Of a stretch of 64,000 nt of DNA, positions 41,421 to 56,296 are shown in pieces. Source of the stretch: the human T2T-CHM13v2.0 reference genome, Homo sapiens. The DNA is taken from the NCBI RefSeq assembly GCF_009914755.1, contig NC_060931.1; one strand, given 5' to 3'. The notes under the pieces are model-generated. The model did no database searches and was not told the DNA's origin. It was given only the letters and a program-made list of their open reading frames with translations. The stretch's first letter is position 1; each line of letters opens with the position of its first letter. Both the position numbers and the translations under genes were made by a program.

Positions 41421-43749
41421 ATGGCTGGGATTTAGCTACAAAAGATGTTCCAGAAAATGGGTAGTTTTTGAATGCCACTCTCATGGGTTTAGCTTTCTGT
41501 GGGAGGTCTGTGGTCTTCTAGTTTTTTCTTTTTTAAAAAGCACTTTCTTCGAAATTCATCAGTTGGGGTGGTTGAGATTGGGTGAGTGGTTTTGGGGGTT
41601 TTGTTTTGTTTTTGCAACCGTTCTTTCCAAACACTCCCCGCCGCCCCCCACCACCGCAGAAAAAAGAGCTTTTAGCATAAGGCGGATGCTATCTATCCGC
41701 GGTAGAAACTGGGTCTTCTGGTCCCAAGGAATAGGGTTAGTTCGGATTTGCTTATTTACAAATGGGGGAGTATTATGGAGATTTTTTTTTTTTTTTTTGG
41801 CAATGTAAATCGAGAATTAAGATTTTCCAACTGTATAGTATTTGAGTAAACACACTGCTTGCTGCATAGTTCAGGCTCCGAAGCGCACGTCTCCACTCTA
41901 TCGTGGATGGTGTTCAGGATCCTTAGCCTGACCCTTGGGTCCTCCGTAATCTACTCCGGTCTGCACACAAATTACTTGTCTGCTGGGTATCACCCGACTT
42001 GACCACTTACAGCAGGCTCCAGCGCTTAGTGAGCTCAGCGGAGCCTTGATTCCTTCAGTTCTCTAATTCAGGAAAACATTTTCTGAGCTCCTCACCACCC
42101 CACCCCACCTCACCACCTCCTCCACCCCCAGCCTCCAAGGTGCTGGGGCAAGATTCAGGAATGAAAAAGAAACAGGTTCATCCTTCAAGGTCTTGACTAC
42201 CCCAGTGGTCTGTTCTAACTTCAATTTGAACTTGCCCCGTCAGCTCACAGCATCTGCATGCAAGTGAGCAGCCTTCTTTTCCTTCTCCTTCTACTGCCAT
42301 CCTCTCCTCCTTCTCCAGCCAAATGTGCTCTGGCCTCACAGAGCCTCCCTCGGTTCCTGAACCAGCATGATATCTGGCTGCTGGGTCATTGCACAAGTTG
42401 TTTCCACAGTCCCATCAGTGGTTCTTCTGACTCTAGTCCTTACCCAACTGCCATTCAGGTGGTACCTTGCACCTCTCAACTAATTGTCCAAATTTTCCTC
42501 TAAAATACCTTCCCCCCCGCAAAAAAAAAGATTCCATGATCCCCCTACTTGAAAGTCTGGGCTGGTGGGCTGGTTCTCTATTGCCTACAAAGTAAATTCC
42601 ACATCTCCTGGTGTGCCTCTTTACAATCTGCTCCTAACTTATCTCTCCATTTTCCATAACTCTAAGCCTCTGCATGTGAGGTTCCTCCTAGCTAGAATAT
42701 TGGTCCATCTCTTTTTCATTTGGCAAACTCTTGTTCATCCTTCAGAGCCTTACTTGGTTGTTACCTCCTCTGTAAGGACTATTATAATAGTGCTGGTCAC
42801 CTTTTAATGATCTGTTTGCATGTCTGACTCCATAAAATTTCACTTCTTTGAGGACAATTTGTCTTATTTATTTTTGTGTAACCACATTTCTCATCAATAC
42901 AAATGAAGCCACAGATAACCATAATCAACTCTCACTGCCCCATCATTTTGCCCTGTGTAAAGGACTTGAGGCCCCTCCGTTCCTTCCCCACTGCAGTAAT
43001 TGCTGAGAATCCTGGGGTTGTCTTGCCTGTCCTTCCCATGTCCTTCTACTTCGTACTCTGGTTTTCCAAGATTGCCCCTCACCCCGGCCACTGAGAAACA
43101 TTGATTTCTGGTCCACATTATTTTCCAGTGAATGCCACAGGGCAAACCTGTCAAGTGGGAAAATGACACCCTACTCTCTTCAGTTCTTGCCCTGGTTCTG
43201 TGTAGTAATTTATCCCCCGGGCACTGAAGCAACATTGCTTGTGTCTTCCTGTGTTACAATCTCATAAAGACCCTCTTTAAACAGCTCCTTGAACTTCTGC
43301 TTAGAATTGTTCTTTCTCTTCAGGCTCCAGTCCTGGTCTATGAAGCCAGGTTGAGGCAGACGATATTTGGTCCTGGTGAAGTCCAGGTTAGTCCTGATGC
43401 CTGGGAGACTACTTAGGCTATTGGGGGTTGCTGAAAGAATAAGGACATGAATAGAATCTCTCTCTTTTTTTTTTATGTGAGTGATGATTTCTCAGGTATA
43501 GTTTCCCTTACCTTTACAGGTAGAGTAACAATACTTAATACATAAGGTTATTGTAAGAAAGCACTGGACAGTATCTAGGACATAATAGGTGCTCAGCAAA
43601 TTCTAGTTTAAGCAGTAATTATTTGATAAGATGTCTGTAATGTAAATACATGCTTGAATAAAAAGTACAAAGCCAGAAGAGAAAAAGCTCTGGAGAAGAT
43701 AGGAACCACAGTGATAGTACAAAACAAAAACTAAAATTAAGTAATTTGG

Positions 43750-44131
<382 letters not shown>

Positions 44132-44489
44132 CTACATTGCTGGGGATTCATCTCCTGAGGGAATGAGCAACAGGAAGAACAAACTGAGGCTTCAAGAGGA
44201 GCTGAAATGAAGGGAGTATGGGAGGTGGGGATAGAAAAATGTTCTACAATTAGAAAGATGGCGGTGTGGGCAAATAGACTTTCTAATGCAGTCTGTTTGA
44301 TCTGCTTGGTGATGCATGAGGCAGTCTGATTTGGCTGCACTTTGCTGGTGATACCCACAACTTGCCTCCTTACCCTAACTGCTGCTATCCCTTTCCCATC
44401 CCTAAGCCTTATCCTCTCCCTATTACCAAGCCTCACTCCATCTTCAAACCCAGCTGAGGACTGGGAATAAGGTCTGTGTCCTCATCATG

Positions 44490-44710
44490 TGATAATAATA
44501 GAATCATTATTATTATTTTCATTTATTAACTCATTTATTCTGACAAAAATTCCATTCAGTAGGCACTATTATCATTCCCCTTTTAGAAAATAAGGCAAAA
44601 AAAAGTTAAGTAACTTGCAGAGGTCACACAGTTTATCTGCAGAGATGGGATTCAAGCCCCGCATTATAACTCCAAAGTTAAGTCTTAACCAGTCATTGTG
44701 CCATGCTGTC
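44490..44710 (-). mobile_element. MIR SINE
   Basis: actattatcattcccctttt...gttaagtaacttgcagaggtcacacag...gatgggattcaagccc. Confidence 0.7.
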
Positions 44711-45404
44711 TATCAATGACAACACACCAAAAGTTTCATTGTTTTCATAGACACATCAGAATGTCACTGTGTTAAAACAGCTACATCAGAAAGTCATGGA
44801 GCCCCCCAGTGGTACCTGCAGTGAATATGTTTTAGCCTTTCTCTTTTCCTCTACTTCTGCAGTCCTGTCTCTTTTTCTCAGAGTTCTCCCTCCCCTCTTT
44901 TCCTCTTCCACTTTTTTTTTTTTTAACGCCTTGCCTTATTTTCCATCTCAATTTTCTTAATCCACATCCATGCTGCAGGCCTCCCAGGGGAGGCAGTACC
45001 ATTGGTCCTGTCCTCAAATCTAATGTTAAATTCAGCAAAACCTAACATGGACCCAGCAATGCTAGTAATGAGCCTGTTGCCTTGCTATAAAATGAAAGAA
45101 TTGGACTAAGTGAGCACAGAAATTCTTTTTCAGCTGTGTCATTTTTTTTGATTCTGGTGGTAACCAAGAGCATTTTTTTCGGCTCCTCTAGTAAAACACA
45201 GATAAAACCTGGCTGAATTCTGGTAAGAATGACTGAAGCACTAAAAAAAAAAAAAAAGAAAGAAAAGAAAAAAAAAGTTCCTGTCATAATATAACAGGTT
45301 TTTTGCTAGAAGAATGGCTTATACCAGTGTCATCATTATCTTAATATAATAGGTTAGGCTGGGCAACGTGCATTAGATTTCTGACAGGCATGTGAGAAAT
45401 GTAG

Positions 45405-45587
<183 letters not shown>

Positions 45588-45619
45588 TAACCCAATATTG
45601 TCCAAAAGCATAGTTGTTA

Positions 45620-45990
45620 TAATGGGAGGCTTTCTAAACTGGTTCCCAGTGACATTCTCCTCCTGGTATTCTTCCTTATGTGAAATCTCCTCCCCTTGAG
45701 ACCAGACCTACTGACTCCATTCTAACTATCAGAATATGGCAAATGTAGTGGGATGTCACTTCTTCTATTGGATTACAAATCACTCTGGTTTCTGTCTTGC
45801 TGTCTTGCTCTTTTGCTTGCTTGCCTGCTGCCCTGTTGTAAGCTGCCATATGGAGAGGAGAGGTTCTCATGACAAGGAACTGAGGAGATCCTGTGGCCAA
45901 CAGCCTGTGAGGAACTGAGGTTCTCAGTCCATCAGCCCAAAAGCATCTGAATCTTGCCACAGCTATGTGAATGAACTCGAAAGCAGATAT
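45620..45990 (+). mobile_element. MLT1 (E/F/G-like) MaLR LTR fragment
   Basis: cagaatatggcaaatgtagtgggatgtcacttc...caaggaactgagg...ggccaacagcctgtgaggaactgagg. Confidence 0.75.
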
Positions 45991-47084
45991 GGTGCTGGAT
46001 AAAGTAGCAACTGTAGGACAGACGAGACATCGGTATGACTTGACCAAAGTTAACCTCAGCAGCTCTTAGCTCCATACCCCAGGGTCACACTGAGCTCCTA
46101 GAGCCAGGCCTGGGTTCACCCTTCACTGTACTCTACCAAGAGCTGGTCCTTTTTCCTCTTGGAAAAGTTCTCGCTGGCCCATACCTCTTGCAGACTCACA
46201 GTGGGTGATTTATTACTCACTATGGATTAGGATATGTGCCTATGTATTTGTAATATATAAATAATAGGATGTGCAGTTTCATATGTCACCTGATCAGTAA
46301 GCAATGGAAAGTTTCCACAGATGCAAAACACCATTTGCTCTCCCATGCTTCTCCTCACCATCTGCCACACCGCCACAGAATTCTATTTGCCACTCTGGTG
46401 CCATTTGGGCACGTGTCAGAACCCAGAAATTTGAAACCCATTCCTTGCCTGATGCTTAGCAACACAGCATCCCTACACCTATTGAAAATATGTAATGCTC
46501 AAGCAATTGGAGGAAAATGTGACCTTAGTGGCTGCTATATGTGGATTTCTCCTCCACTTATGAGTCACTAAGACCTTCTGCTTGGCTCAACCCACCCCCA
46601 TGCTTGGGGAACCAAGTTGGAAAGAGGAGGAACATTTTCAGCGATAATAACCATGTTCCTGTAGCCAATTTCTCCATCTGTTCCTACAGTTTCTGTCTAC
46701 AAGAATGTACAAAGGTTCTGCTGCATAGATTTAAGACTAGCCAAGGTCAGTGTGCAATCAGCCATTGCAGATGAGGTCATCAAGGACAGGGAATTGCAGC
46801 TCTGGAAAACAGATGCTGAGAAACACGCTGATATGTGCCCTTCATGTCTGGCTTAAGGGGGAAACAGACAACAGGTACAATGAAGACGAATTCACTGTGG
46901 AGGGAAGAAAGGAAGCGGCTTCAGAAATAATACTCGAGTATAAATGAATGATTTACTCAAAAGCTTTCTTATTTGGCTGTTTTGTTGCATTTTAAAACAG
47001 AAAAGCGATCTTAGATTAGTGCACACTGACATTCTACTGTTTATGTTTTAAGCATCAATTTAAATTTTACTTTAAGTTTTTCAA

Positions 47085-48135
<1,051 letters not shown>

Positions 48136-48744
48136 TTTTTAAATGTCAAAAATTCACAAGATACAAGCAAATTCAGTATTTTAGAAAGTCCTGCTCTACC
48201 CTGGACCCTGTGCTTTAAGAAAGCCCTGTTCTGACTCTCCTAGAGGTTATGCTACCATCTCCTCCTTCTAGAACATATCTGGGTACCTAGGATCCAAGAA
48301 TTCTGTTGGGACTTGCAAAAGCCCCTTCCCCACATAACAGACAGTGGGCTGCTCTGCTGGTATACACAACAGAAAGCCTCAGAGACAGCTGATGCAAAGG
48401 TGTGGGGGTGGTTTGCAGGATGTTGATATAACTTGCTTGTGGGTTGGAAAGTTCACCCAAGGTTACTTGAAGCCTTTGAAGGCTCAGGACTAAGTCGGGT
48501 GGGCCACGGGCTGGGTGTTTCCATGTCACCACATTCTACCACAGAATTCTAAAGAGTCTAAGAATTCTAAATTCAAACCTGGACTTCCAGGTCTTTAAGA
48601 TTATATGTTTGTCAAGGTAAGACAGAAAATATACCTTTTAAATATTTAACTCAAAACTTGTTACCTCCCATGGGCTCTGATGAGGGACTTTAGAGAAACT
48701 AAATGCAAAACTGGACAACAATAAAACCCATTTTGTTCCATTTG

Positions 48745-48892
48745 TGTCATGGTTTGAATGGTCCCCCAAACTTCACGTATTAGAAATAATTCCCAATGCA
48801 ATGGGAGAGGGGTGCTAATAAGGGGTATCTAGGTCATGAGGGCTCTGCCCTCATAAGTGAATGTAGTTATGGTGAGAGTAAGTTTGTTATAG
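48745..48892 (+). mobile_element. Truncated MST-like LTR (5' part)
   Basis: tgtcatggtttgaatggtcccccaaa...aggtcatgagggctctgccctcat. Confidence 0.75.
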
Positions 48893-48939
48893 CCCAATGA
48901 AAAGATTCCATCTGACAAAATGAAGATTCCAGATTAGAA

Positions 48940-49232
48940 GGAATCCTATGCAGCCATAAAAAAGAATGAGATCATGTCTTTTGCGGGAACGTGGATGGAG
49001 CTGGAGGCTATTATCCTTAGCAAACTAATGCAGGAACAGAAAACCAAATACCACATGTTATCACGTATAAGTGGGAGCTAAATGATGAGAACTTATGAAC
49101 ACAAAGACAGAAACAACAGACACTGGGGTCTACTTGATGGGGGAGGGTGGGAGGAGGGAGAGGAGCAGAAAAGATAGTTACTGGGTACTGGGCTTAATAC
49201 CTGGGTGATGAAATAATCTGTACAACAAACCC
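48940..49232 (+). mobile_element. L1PA15/16-like 3' fragment lacking poly-A
   Basis: gcagccataaaaaagaatgagatcatgtc...cctgggtgatgaaataatctgtacaacaaaccc, then an abrupt end. Confidence 0.88.
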
Positions 49233-51043
49233 ATCTGCTATAGAATTAGCAGATATTGGTCAAAAAGATTTCTCAAAGCTCACTTTCGGACAAAAGAATC
49301 CTTTTATTCTGTGCCTGGAAGGCCCATACTGAGTCCCTGTCAAGATACAAGACATGCAAACGGTATGAACGAAGTTTACCTTAGCATTAGGTGAAAGGAA
49401 ATGTGCAATTTCTATTGTTTAGAAAGTCTCCCAACTCACACTGAGGAGAATGGTCCCAGTTGTGATTCTACTTACCAGCACAAGGGAGAAGCCCCATTTG
49501 ATATCTTAAAAAGAAATTCTTTCAAAAAGTACATTTTAAAGCATTTTCATTTCTCCCATCTCCCTATAATTGCGTAAGGCAGATGACTCAGTTAAGCCTA
49601 ACTTAAGAAAAATATTAAGGACTTATAATGTATCTATAATAGCAGCACGCTACAAGCTGTGAGGTATTTCTAAGCAGCATATGGCAAGTTGAGTTGGGAA
49701 TGCATAATATAATTAGATAAAAACAAAGAAAACTATGCAATTTCAATTATTTACTGCCCAATGAGGACTTTTCCTCCTTTTGCTCTCAAACTTCAGAAAA
49801 AAGCAAATACAATAGTTTCAGGTACATGTTTTAATATTGAAATTGTGACTTTTGCAGGTGTTTTCAAATGATTGCAAGGCTTAACATTCTGGTGCATACA
49901 AGATACTTTTTTTTTTTTAAGTAACTCTTTGGTTGTGAAAATTACTCAAAAGAGGGTTGGAGTTGAGCTCTTATTCTCACTTGAGCTTGATTATGCTTGT
50001 GATGAACCAACCAGATGTAGCAGTTCTTCCTGGACACTATTGCAGACACATACCAGATTAGGACACAGCTACTTTCCCATGCTCAAAAAATTAGAATGGT
50101 AAAAACCTATATTACAAAATTCTATACTATCTAAACTTCATCAAAACCTTTGAAGTATGTATATTCTTGTAATACTCCATATGCATATGAAAATCAGATA
50201 TTTGCATTATATACTAACATAGTCTAAAGTTTCACCACTTCTACCATTTTTCAGTGTCAGCTTTGGGCATTTTTTTTTCACATAATTCAACACAGGAAAT
50301 GGAAGTATAAGGGCATGTTTAGATGTGTATGGATTAATTGCCTCCTGATACCAAACATGTTCATTCAAAACTAGCAAAATAACAGCACCTGTGATTTATA
50401 AAACTGTGGTTTCAATGATTAAAAAATAGAAAAAAAATTGTAGTTTTAAATAACTCTTAATTCTACTGGCATTATTTTCAAAAATCTGTGTTCTTAAGAC
50501 CAAATCTGAAAGACAGAGTGCGGTAGAAATTACACTGGCTTTGTTTACCTTTTTCAATTTGAAAAATTTTGATTAAGAATTCCCTAGAGTGTTCATATGT
50601 TACCGTAAATACAAAAGCACAATGACTGTTCTCCTAGTACACTTTCAAAAATGTGGTCCAAATGTACAAAACAGAATGAAAGACACTTGCTTTTTCAAGA
50701 TTACTACAGGTGAATGTGTATTCATATAGATGACACATATCTTGCCACAAAACGTTTAGTGGCTTCTTTTTTTCCTTTTTAGCATTTTGTCGCTTGGCCA
50801 AGGTATGGGCTATTTTTAATTGCATTCACGTTCTTTTTAAAATTACTTTGATAGCCAATTTAATTAAAATACTACATTAAATACTTTTCTAGACCAAGGT
50901 ATGTTGGGCATACTATGCACTATAAGATGATATAACCTTCTTTTCTTCTCAGATAATTGGACAGAATTTTGGATTGCTGTTAACCACTTTATCTTTTACA
51001 AACATAGTCAGTGGTAGTGTATGCCATAAGAAAGAGTGCTACC

Positions 51044-51487
51044 CTATTCACAGTAGCAAAGACACGGAATCAACTTAAATGCCTACCAATGACAGATTGG
51101 ATAAAGAAAAATGTGGTACATATACACTATGGAATACTATGCAGCCTAAAAAAGAACGAGATCATGTCTTTTGAGGGAACATGGATGGAGCTGGAGGCTA
51201 TTATCCTTACCAAACTAATGCAGGAACAGAAAACCAAATACCATGCTATCACTTATAAGTGGGAGCTAAATGATGAGAACTTATGAACACAAAGAAGGAA
51301 ACAACAGACACTTAGAGTCTACCTGATGGGGAAGGGTGGGAGGAGGGAGAGGAAGAGAAAAGATAAATTATTGGGTACTGGCCTTAATACCTGGGTGATG
51401 AAATAATCTGTACAAGAAAACCATGTGACATGAGTTAGCTATGTAACAAAGCCTTCAAATGCACCCCCACACCTAAAAGTTACAAAA
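51044..51487 (+). mobile_element. L1PA15/16-like 3' end with TSD
   Basis: ctattcacagtagcaaagacacggaatcaac...acctaaaagttacaaaa; TSD aaagag(tg/ca)ctacc at 51031-51043 and 51488-51500. Confidence 0.9.
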
Positions 51488-53431
51488 AAAGAGCACTACC
51501 AAGTAGCACTTGTTAACTATTTTATATTCTATTAGATGGGTACATTTATCTTGGTTTGATCTTTGAAAATTGCCTAAGTAGTACACATCAATTATTTAAA
51601 TGTGATGTAGATTAGATGACAATATCTGAAAGGATATTAAAGTGTTTGTAATTCTAGATAATTTTGTAAAGATTGCTATATAGACATGTTAATGATGTGG
51701 TTTATAATTTCCCATTGATATTGAGAAAGCAGTCAAGAAATATGACTTTTCTCGCTATCATCTCAGTGTTACTATATAAAATAGGAATAATGATGATACC
51801 TGCCTTGTAAGGTTGTTGTGAAGATTAAATGGCAATAAATGTTAGCTACAGCTATTACTGGAACATTCAACCATTTTGGACCATATAACCTGTTCCTATT
51901 CAATCAGACTGAAGTCCTTAAAATACCATCTCAAAATTTATATTGTTCAGGGGCAAGGAATGAATCTATAAGAATGTTAAAGATTTTTATCACGAAGATA
52001 AGTCAACGTTACAGTCAATACTTTATTTTTATCAAAATAATTAATTATCCAAGCTAATAATGCATATCTGTGAAGTGTAATGAATTTCAATCCACTCGCA
52101 TCAAGCTGAATAAAGGTTACAATAAACAAAGCAATCAGTGTGACTTCTGAGAGAGACATTTATCAAACCTTGGACCAACACAGCCAACGGTTTAGCCTAG
52201 GGACATCTGTACTCTATGAATCTTTTTTGGATGGTACATAGCTCCTGCCAGGAACAGAACAAACTGTTTTTTTAATGTGATCCCCTCCTTCCTATTTCCT
52301 AGTCATGGAAGAGTAATTGCCATAGATTTGCTCCAAAAAAGTGAGATTAAGTGAACAGTTTGATTGTATTTAAACTTGGCAAAAAAAAAAAAAAAAGGAG
52401 GAGGACCAATGAATGCAAAAATAATTCCAGTTGGGATTGAACTGGAATGGAATTTTACAAATGGTTTATGCACCCTGACTGGGCAAAGTATACCTTTAAT
52501 TTGTTGTGGAAGAAATTCATTACTTGCATTTTGTGGATGAGTAGCTCAGAGTTTCTAAAAGGGAGAAATGTTGGTATTTTGGGTGGAAGAATTATTCATG
52601 AGGGGCTGTCCAATGCCCATTGCATCCCGTAACATTTATTATCTGTCTCCTGGAGTACTTAATGCTGGCGATTCCCCCAGACAATCTCGCTTCTCCCCAC
52701 TCCCAGATTTGCAAACCTTCCAAGACCACTGTGTTAATAAATGAAGAGATAAAGAGAAGTATTCACATAATTTGATGTTGTAATAATTGTTTTTCCAAAA
52801 AAAAAAAAAAAAAACCCTCTGAAGTTATGAAGACTGAGAGGACATTTACTGAGACAAGTACATTTCTCCACTGATTAAACCCCAGATTTCACAGATTCAG
52901 TTTAGTAAACTAGATTTGAAGTCACTTCACAACATTCCAGGAAAGACATTCCGGGAAAGAGAGACAGGAAGAGTTGTGGCTAAGACAATGGACTGGTCCT
53001 AGCTCTATCGCTCTCTAGCTGTAATTATCTTGGGCCACTTTTTCTAACAAAGGGATAATACTGCTATTCACCTTGTAGGCTTATTGTGACAATTTAACGT
53101 AACCTGCTGAGCTCAGTTCCTGGTACTCAGCAAGCACTCAAGTGTTAGCTATGTTCTAGTCACAATACTGGCACAGACACTTGTGAAATATTCAAAAGTG
53201 TGACTAGGACCATTTCTAGGGCATAGCGGGTTAGGTACAATTCTGAGCTTCAAACTTCAGAGGTCCTAGCTACCCCACTAATCAGCAGCTCAGCTGTTAC
53301 TAGTTGCTGGGGGGAAAAAGCTCAGAGGGAGCCCCTCCCTCCTACCACCAAAACAAAGTTGTGAGATTCCCCTTTATGCCCTCAGACTGCATACTTTTGT
53401 GACTCCCTTTCCCCTCAAAAGATTCCTTTCA

Positions 53432-53733
53432 GGCCGGGCGCAGTGGCTCACGCCTGTAATCCCAGCACTTTGGGAGGCTGAGGCAGGCGGATCACCTGAG
53501 GTCGGGAGTTCGAGACCAGCCTGACCAACATGGAGAAACCCCGTTTCTATTAAAAATACAAAAAAATTAGCCGGGCATAGTGGTGCAAAGTACTCGGAAT
53601 CCTAGCTACTTGGAAGGCTGAGGCAGGAGTATCGCTTGAATTCGGGAGGTGGAGGTTTCAGTGAGCCGAGATCGTGCCATTGCACTCCAGCCTGGGCGAG
53701 AAGAGCAAAACTCCTTCTCAAGAAAAAAAAAAA
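53432..53733 (+). mobile_element. AluSp
   Basis: ctgaccaacatggagaaacccc and gaagagcaaaactcc diagnostics. Confidence 0.94.
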
Positions 53734-53851
53734 TGTGGTTTAGGAAGAAGTAGTGCACAGTGTAGTTATAACCCAGGCTGGGCTCTCTCTACCCTCTAGG
53801 GGAAATCCCATCTAGCTCAAATGCCTCTAGGGACAACTCTATCTGAAGTAC

Positions 53852-54464
<613 letters not shown>

Positions 54465-55227
54465 ATGAAGTACTATTTTAATAAAGAATAGTATCTGCAA
54501 CAAGAATGGAACTGAAATATTACCAGTACACCATTTACTATTGAAATAAGACTTCTGAGACACTCAGGAAAACCTGAGCATTAAAACAATTTTTATTCTA
54601 TATTTAAAAAATAAGAGTTGAGGAATTTATTACATTTATAAAATAGACCATTCCTCCTCTTTGCCTTTTTGAAAAGGGCAAATATTTTACCTGTATAAGA
54701 CTGAAAATTCATTTTCACATCTGTTTCTATTGCCATCTTGTATTATTTGCAGAATTTACTTTTTGGGTTCCTTTGGATAAAGCAAGCACTGGCCTTGTTA
54801 TAAAATGAGGGTTATCTCAGGTGAATTACAGTTCTTCAGATAACCAGTTTCAAGTACAAATGAGGACAAGAATGGCTGAAAACTGGTGCACCACACAACT
54901 GGGTTTGCCTTTTGTTTGAGAGTGAAAAGAGCTAAAGAAATAGGGATGGTAGGTGCCATGCTACGTGGTTTATATTAGGTGTCAGTAAAAAAAGAACTGA
55001 GTTGTATATATGGGAAACTTCAAAAAAAAAAAAAAAAAAAAAAAAGAAAGAAAGAAAGAAGCCATGGCCAGAGTTCACTTGTGTAATGTATTATTTAAGA
55101 AAGAAATAAGCCAAGCACAAATAAGGGACATACTTAACTTCAGCTGTAAAACAGATGAACTACATCAGTTTAGGACTAGAGTGACCTTATGATGAGGTGC
55201 AAATATGTAAATATGCATAAATATTAC

Positions 55228-55254
55228 TTTATTGTGCTTGAAATTTGCTTTATT
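55228..55254 (-). terminator. Distal PNPLA8 polyadenylation signal pair (2x AATAAA)
   Basis: Plus-strand TTTATT at 55228-55233 and 55249-55254; further copies at 54592-54597 and 54626-54631. Confidence 0.45.
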
Positions 55255-55865
55255 ACGAAGAATTCCCAGAAATATTCTGATTTCCAATTATTTGTTTTTT
55301 TCTTGCATTTACAAGTTGTTCTTAGTTGCATGTTATTATGTATTATTTGTGGTCTGAAAGAACTATATTATCTTTAGAAATCATTGGTAGTTTCCTATTT
55401 TATACTATGTCTAAAGTTTATATAATTCGGATGTTAGAAAATTTTACAGCTACCTTTCCTCATTTTACAAATGAGATATGCAAAGCCTACAGACATTTGC
55501 CTTCCTCAAGGTAACAAACAGAAGGGTTCTTGCAGCAAAGGCAGGATTAGCATCCAGACTCTCGACTCCACTCTTTGAACCACATCTCACAGCCTCTGTG
55601 AATTGATATTGCAAAGAAGCAATATGACTATCTGGGCAACAGGGTCTAGCTTTAGTTTGTATGTCTAAAACAAGGGGCGCTAACCTTTGTTTCATTTTTC
55701 TTAAGAAATCAAAACATTCCATGTAAGGATTTATGTGACAAATAGATACAATAAAGATGAGTTTGTTTGGCATGAACAATGTTCCATGTAAGTGCATCTT
55801 ACCAACTTCCATGAAATCCAGACAGTTCAAAGGAGTTAATAAGGTAAAACAAGCCTAACTTCTTC

Positions 55866-56166
55866 TTTTTTTTTTTTTTTTTTTTGAGATGGAGTCTCGC
55901 TGTGTCGCCTAGGCTGGAGTGCACTGGCGCTATTTGGCTCACTGCAACCTCCGTCTCTCAGGTTCAAGCCATTCTCCTGCCTTAGCCTCCCGAGTAGCTG
56001 GGACTATAGGTGTGCACCACCATGCCGGGCTAATGTTTGTATTTTTATTAGAGACGAGGTTTCACCGTGTTGGCCAGGCTGGTCTTGGACTCCTGACGTC
56101 AGGTGATCTGCCTGCCTCGGCCTCCCAAAGTGCTGGGATTACAGGTGTGAGCTACTGCGCCAGGCA
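55866..56166 (-). mobile_element. AluS within the PNPLA8 distal 3'UTR region (sense to PNPLA8)
   Basis: Poly-T and full body; TSD ctaacttctt at 55856-55865 and 56168-56177. Confidence 0.95.
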
Positions 56167-56290
56167 ACTAACTTCTTATTTTTAAGCATACTGCTGCCAG
56201 GTGTATTCAAAGGCTAAAGGGGAGCTACATTATGAACAAAAATTAATTTTAAAATGACATTAGCCTTTTAACAACAGATTATTTAAATAG

Positions 56291-56296
56291 TTTATT
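56291..56296 (-). terminator. Proximal PNPLA8 polyadenylation signal AATAAA
   Basis: Plus-strand TTTATT about 760 nt after the stop, with a U-rich downstream element (minus ttttaaaattaatttttgttc, ~56230-56255). Confidence 0.65.

Noticed and set aside
39226-41808. Many long overlapping ORFs (up to 288 aa) on both strands
   Set aside because: Pro/Arg/Gly/Ala-rich low-complexity translations are expected from stop-codon depletion in a CpG island. No recognisable domain, and many begin at non-ATG codons.
42586-42592. TCF/LEF-type site (CTTTGTA on minus) upstream of the promoter
   Set aside because: A single 7-mer in L2-like sequence; not distinguishable from background even though NRCAM is a reported Wnt target.
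48940-51487. Two very similar L1P 3' fragments 2 kb apart as a local segmental duplication
   Set aside because: Similarity is confined to the L1 consensus, the flanks differ, and the second has its own TSD. Independent insertions explain it.
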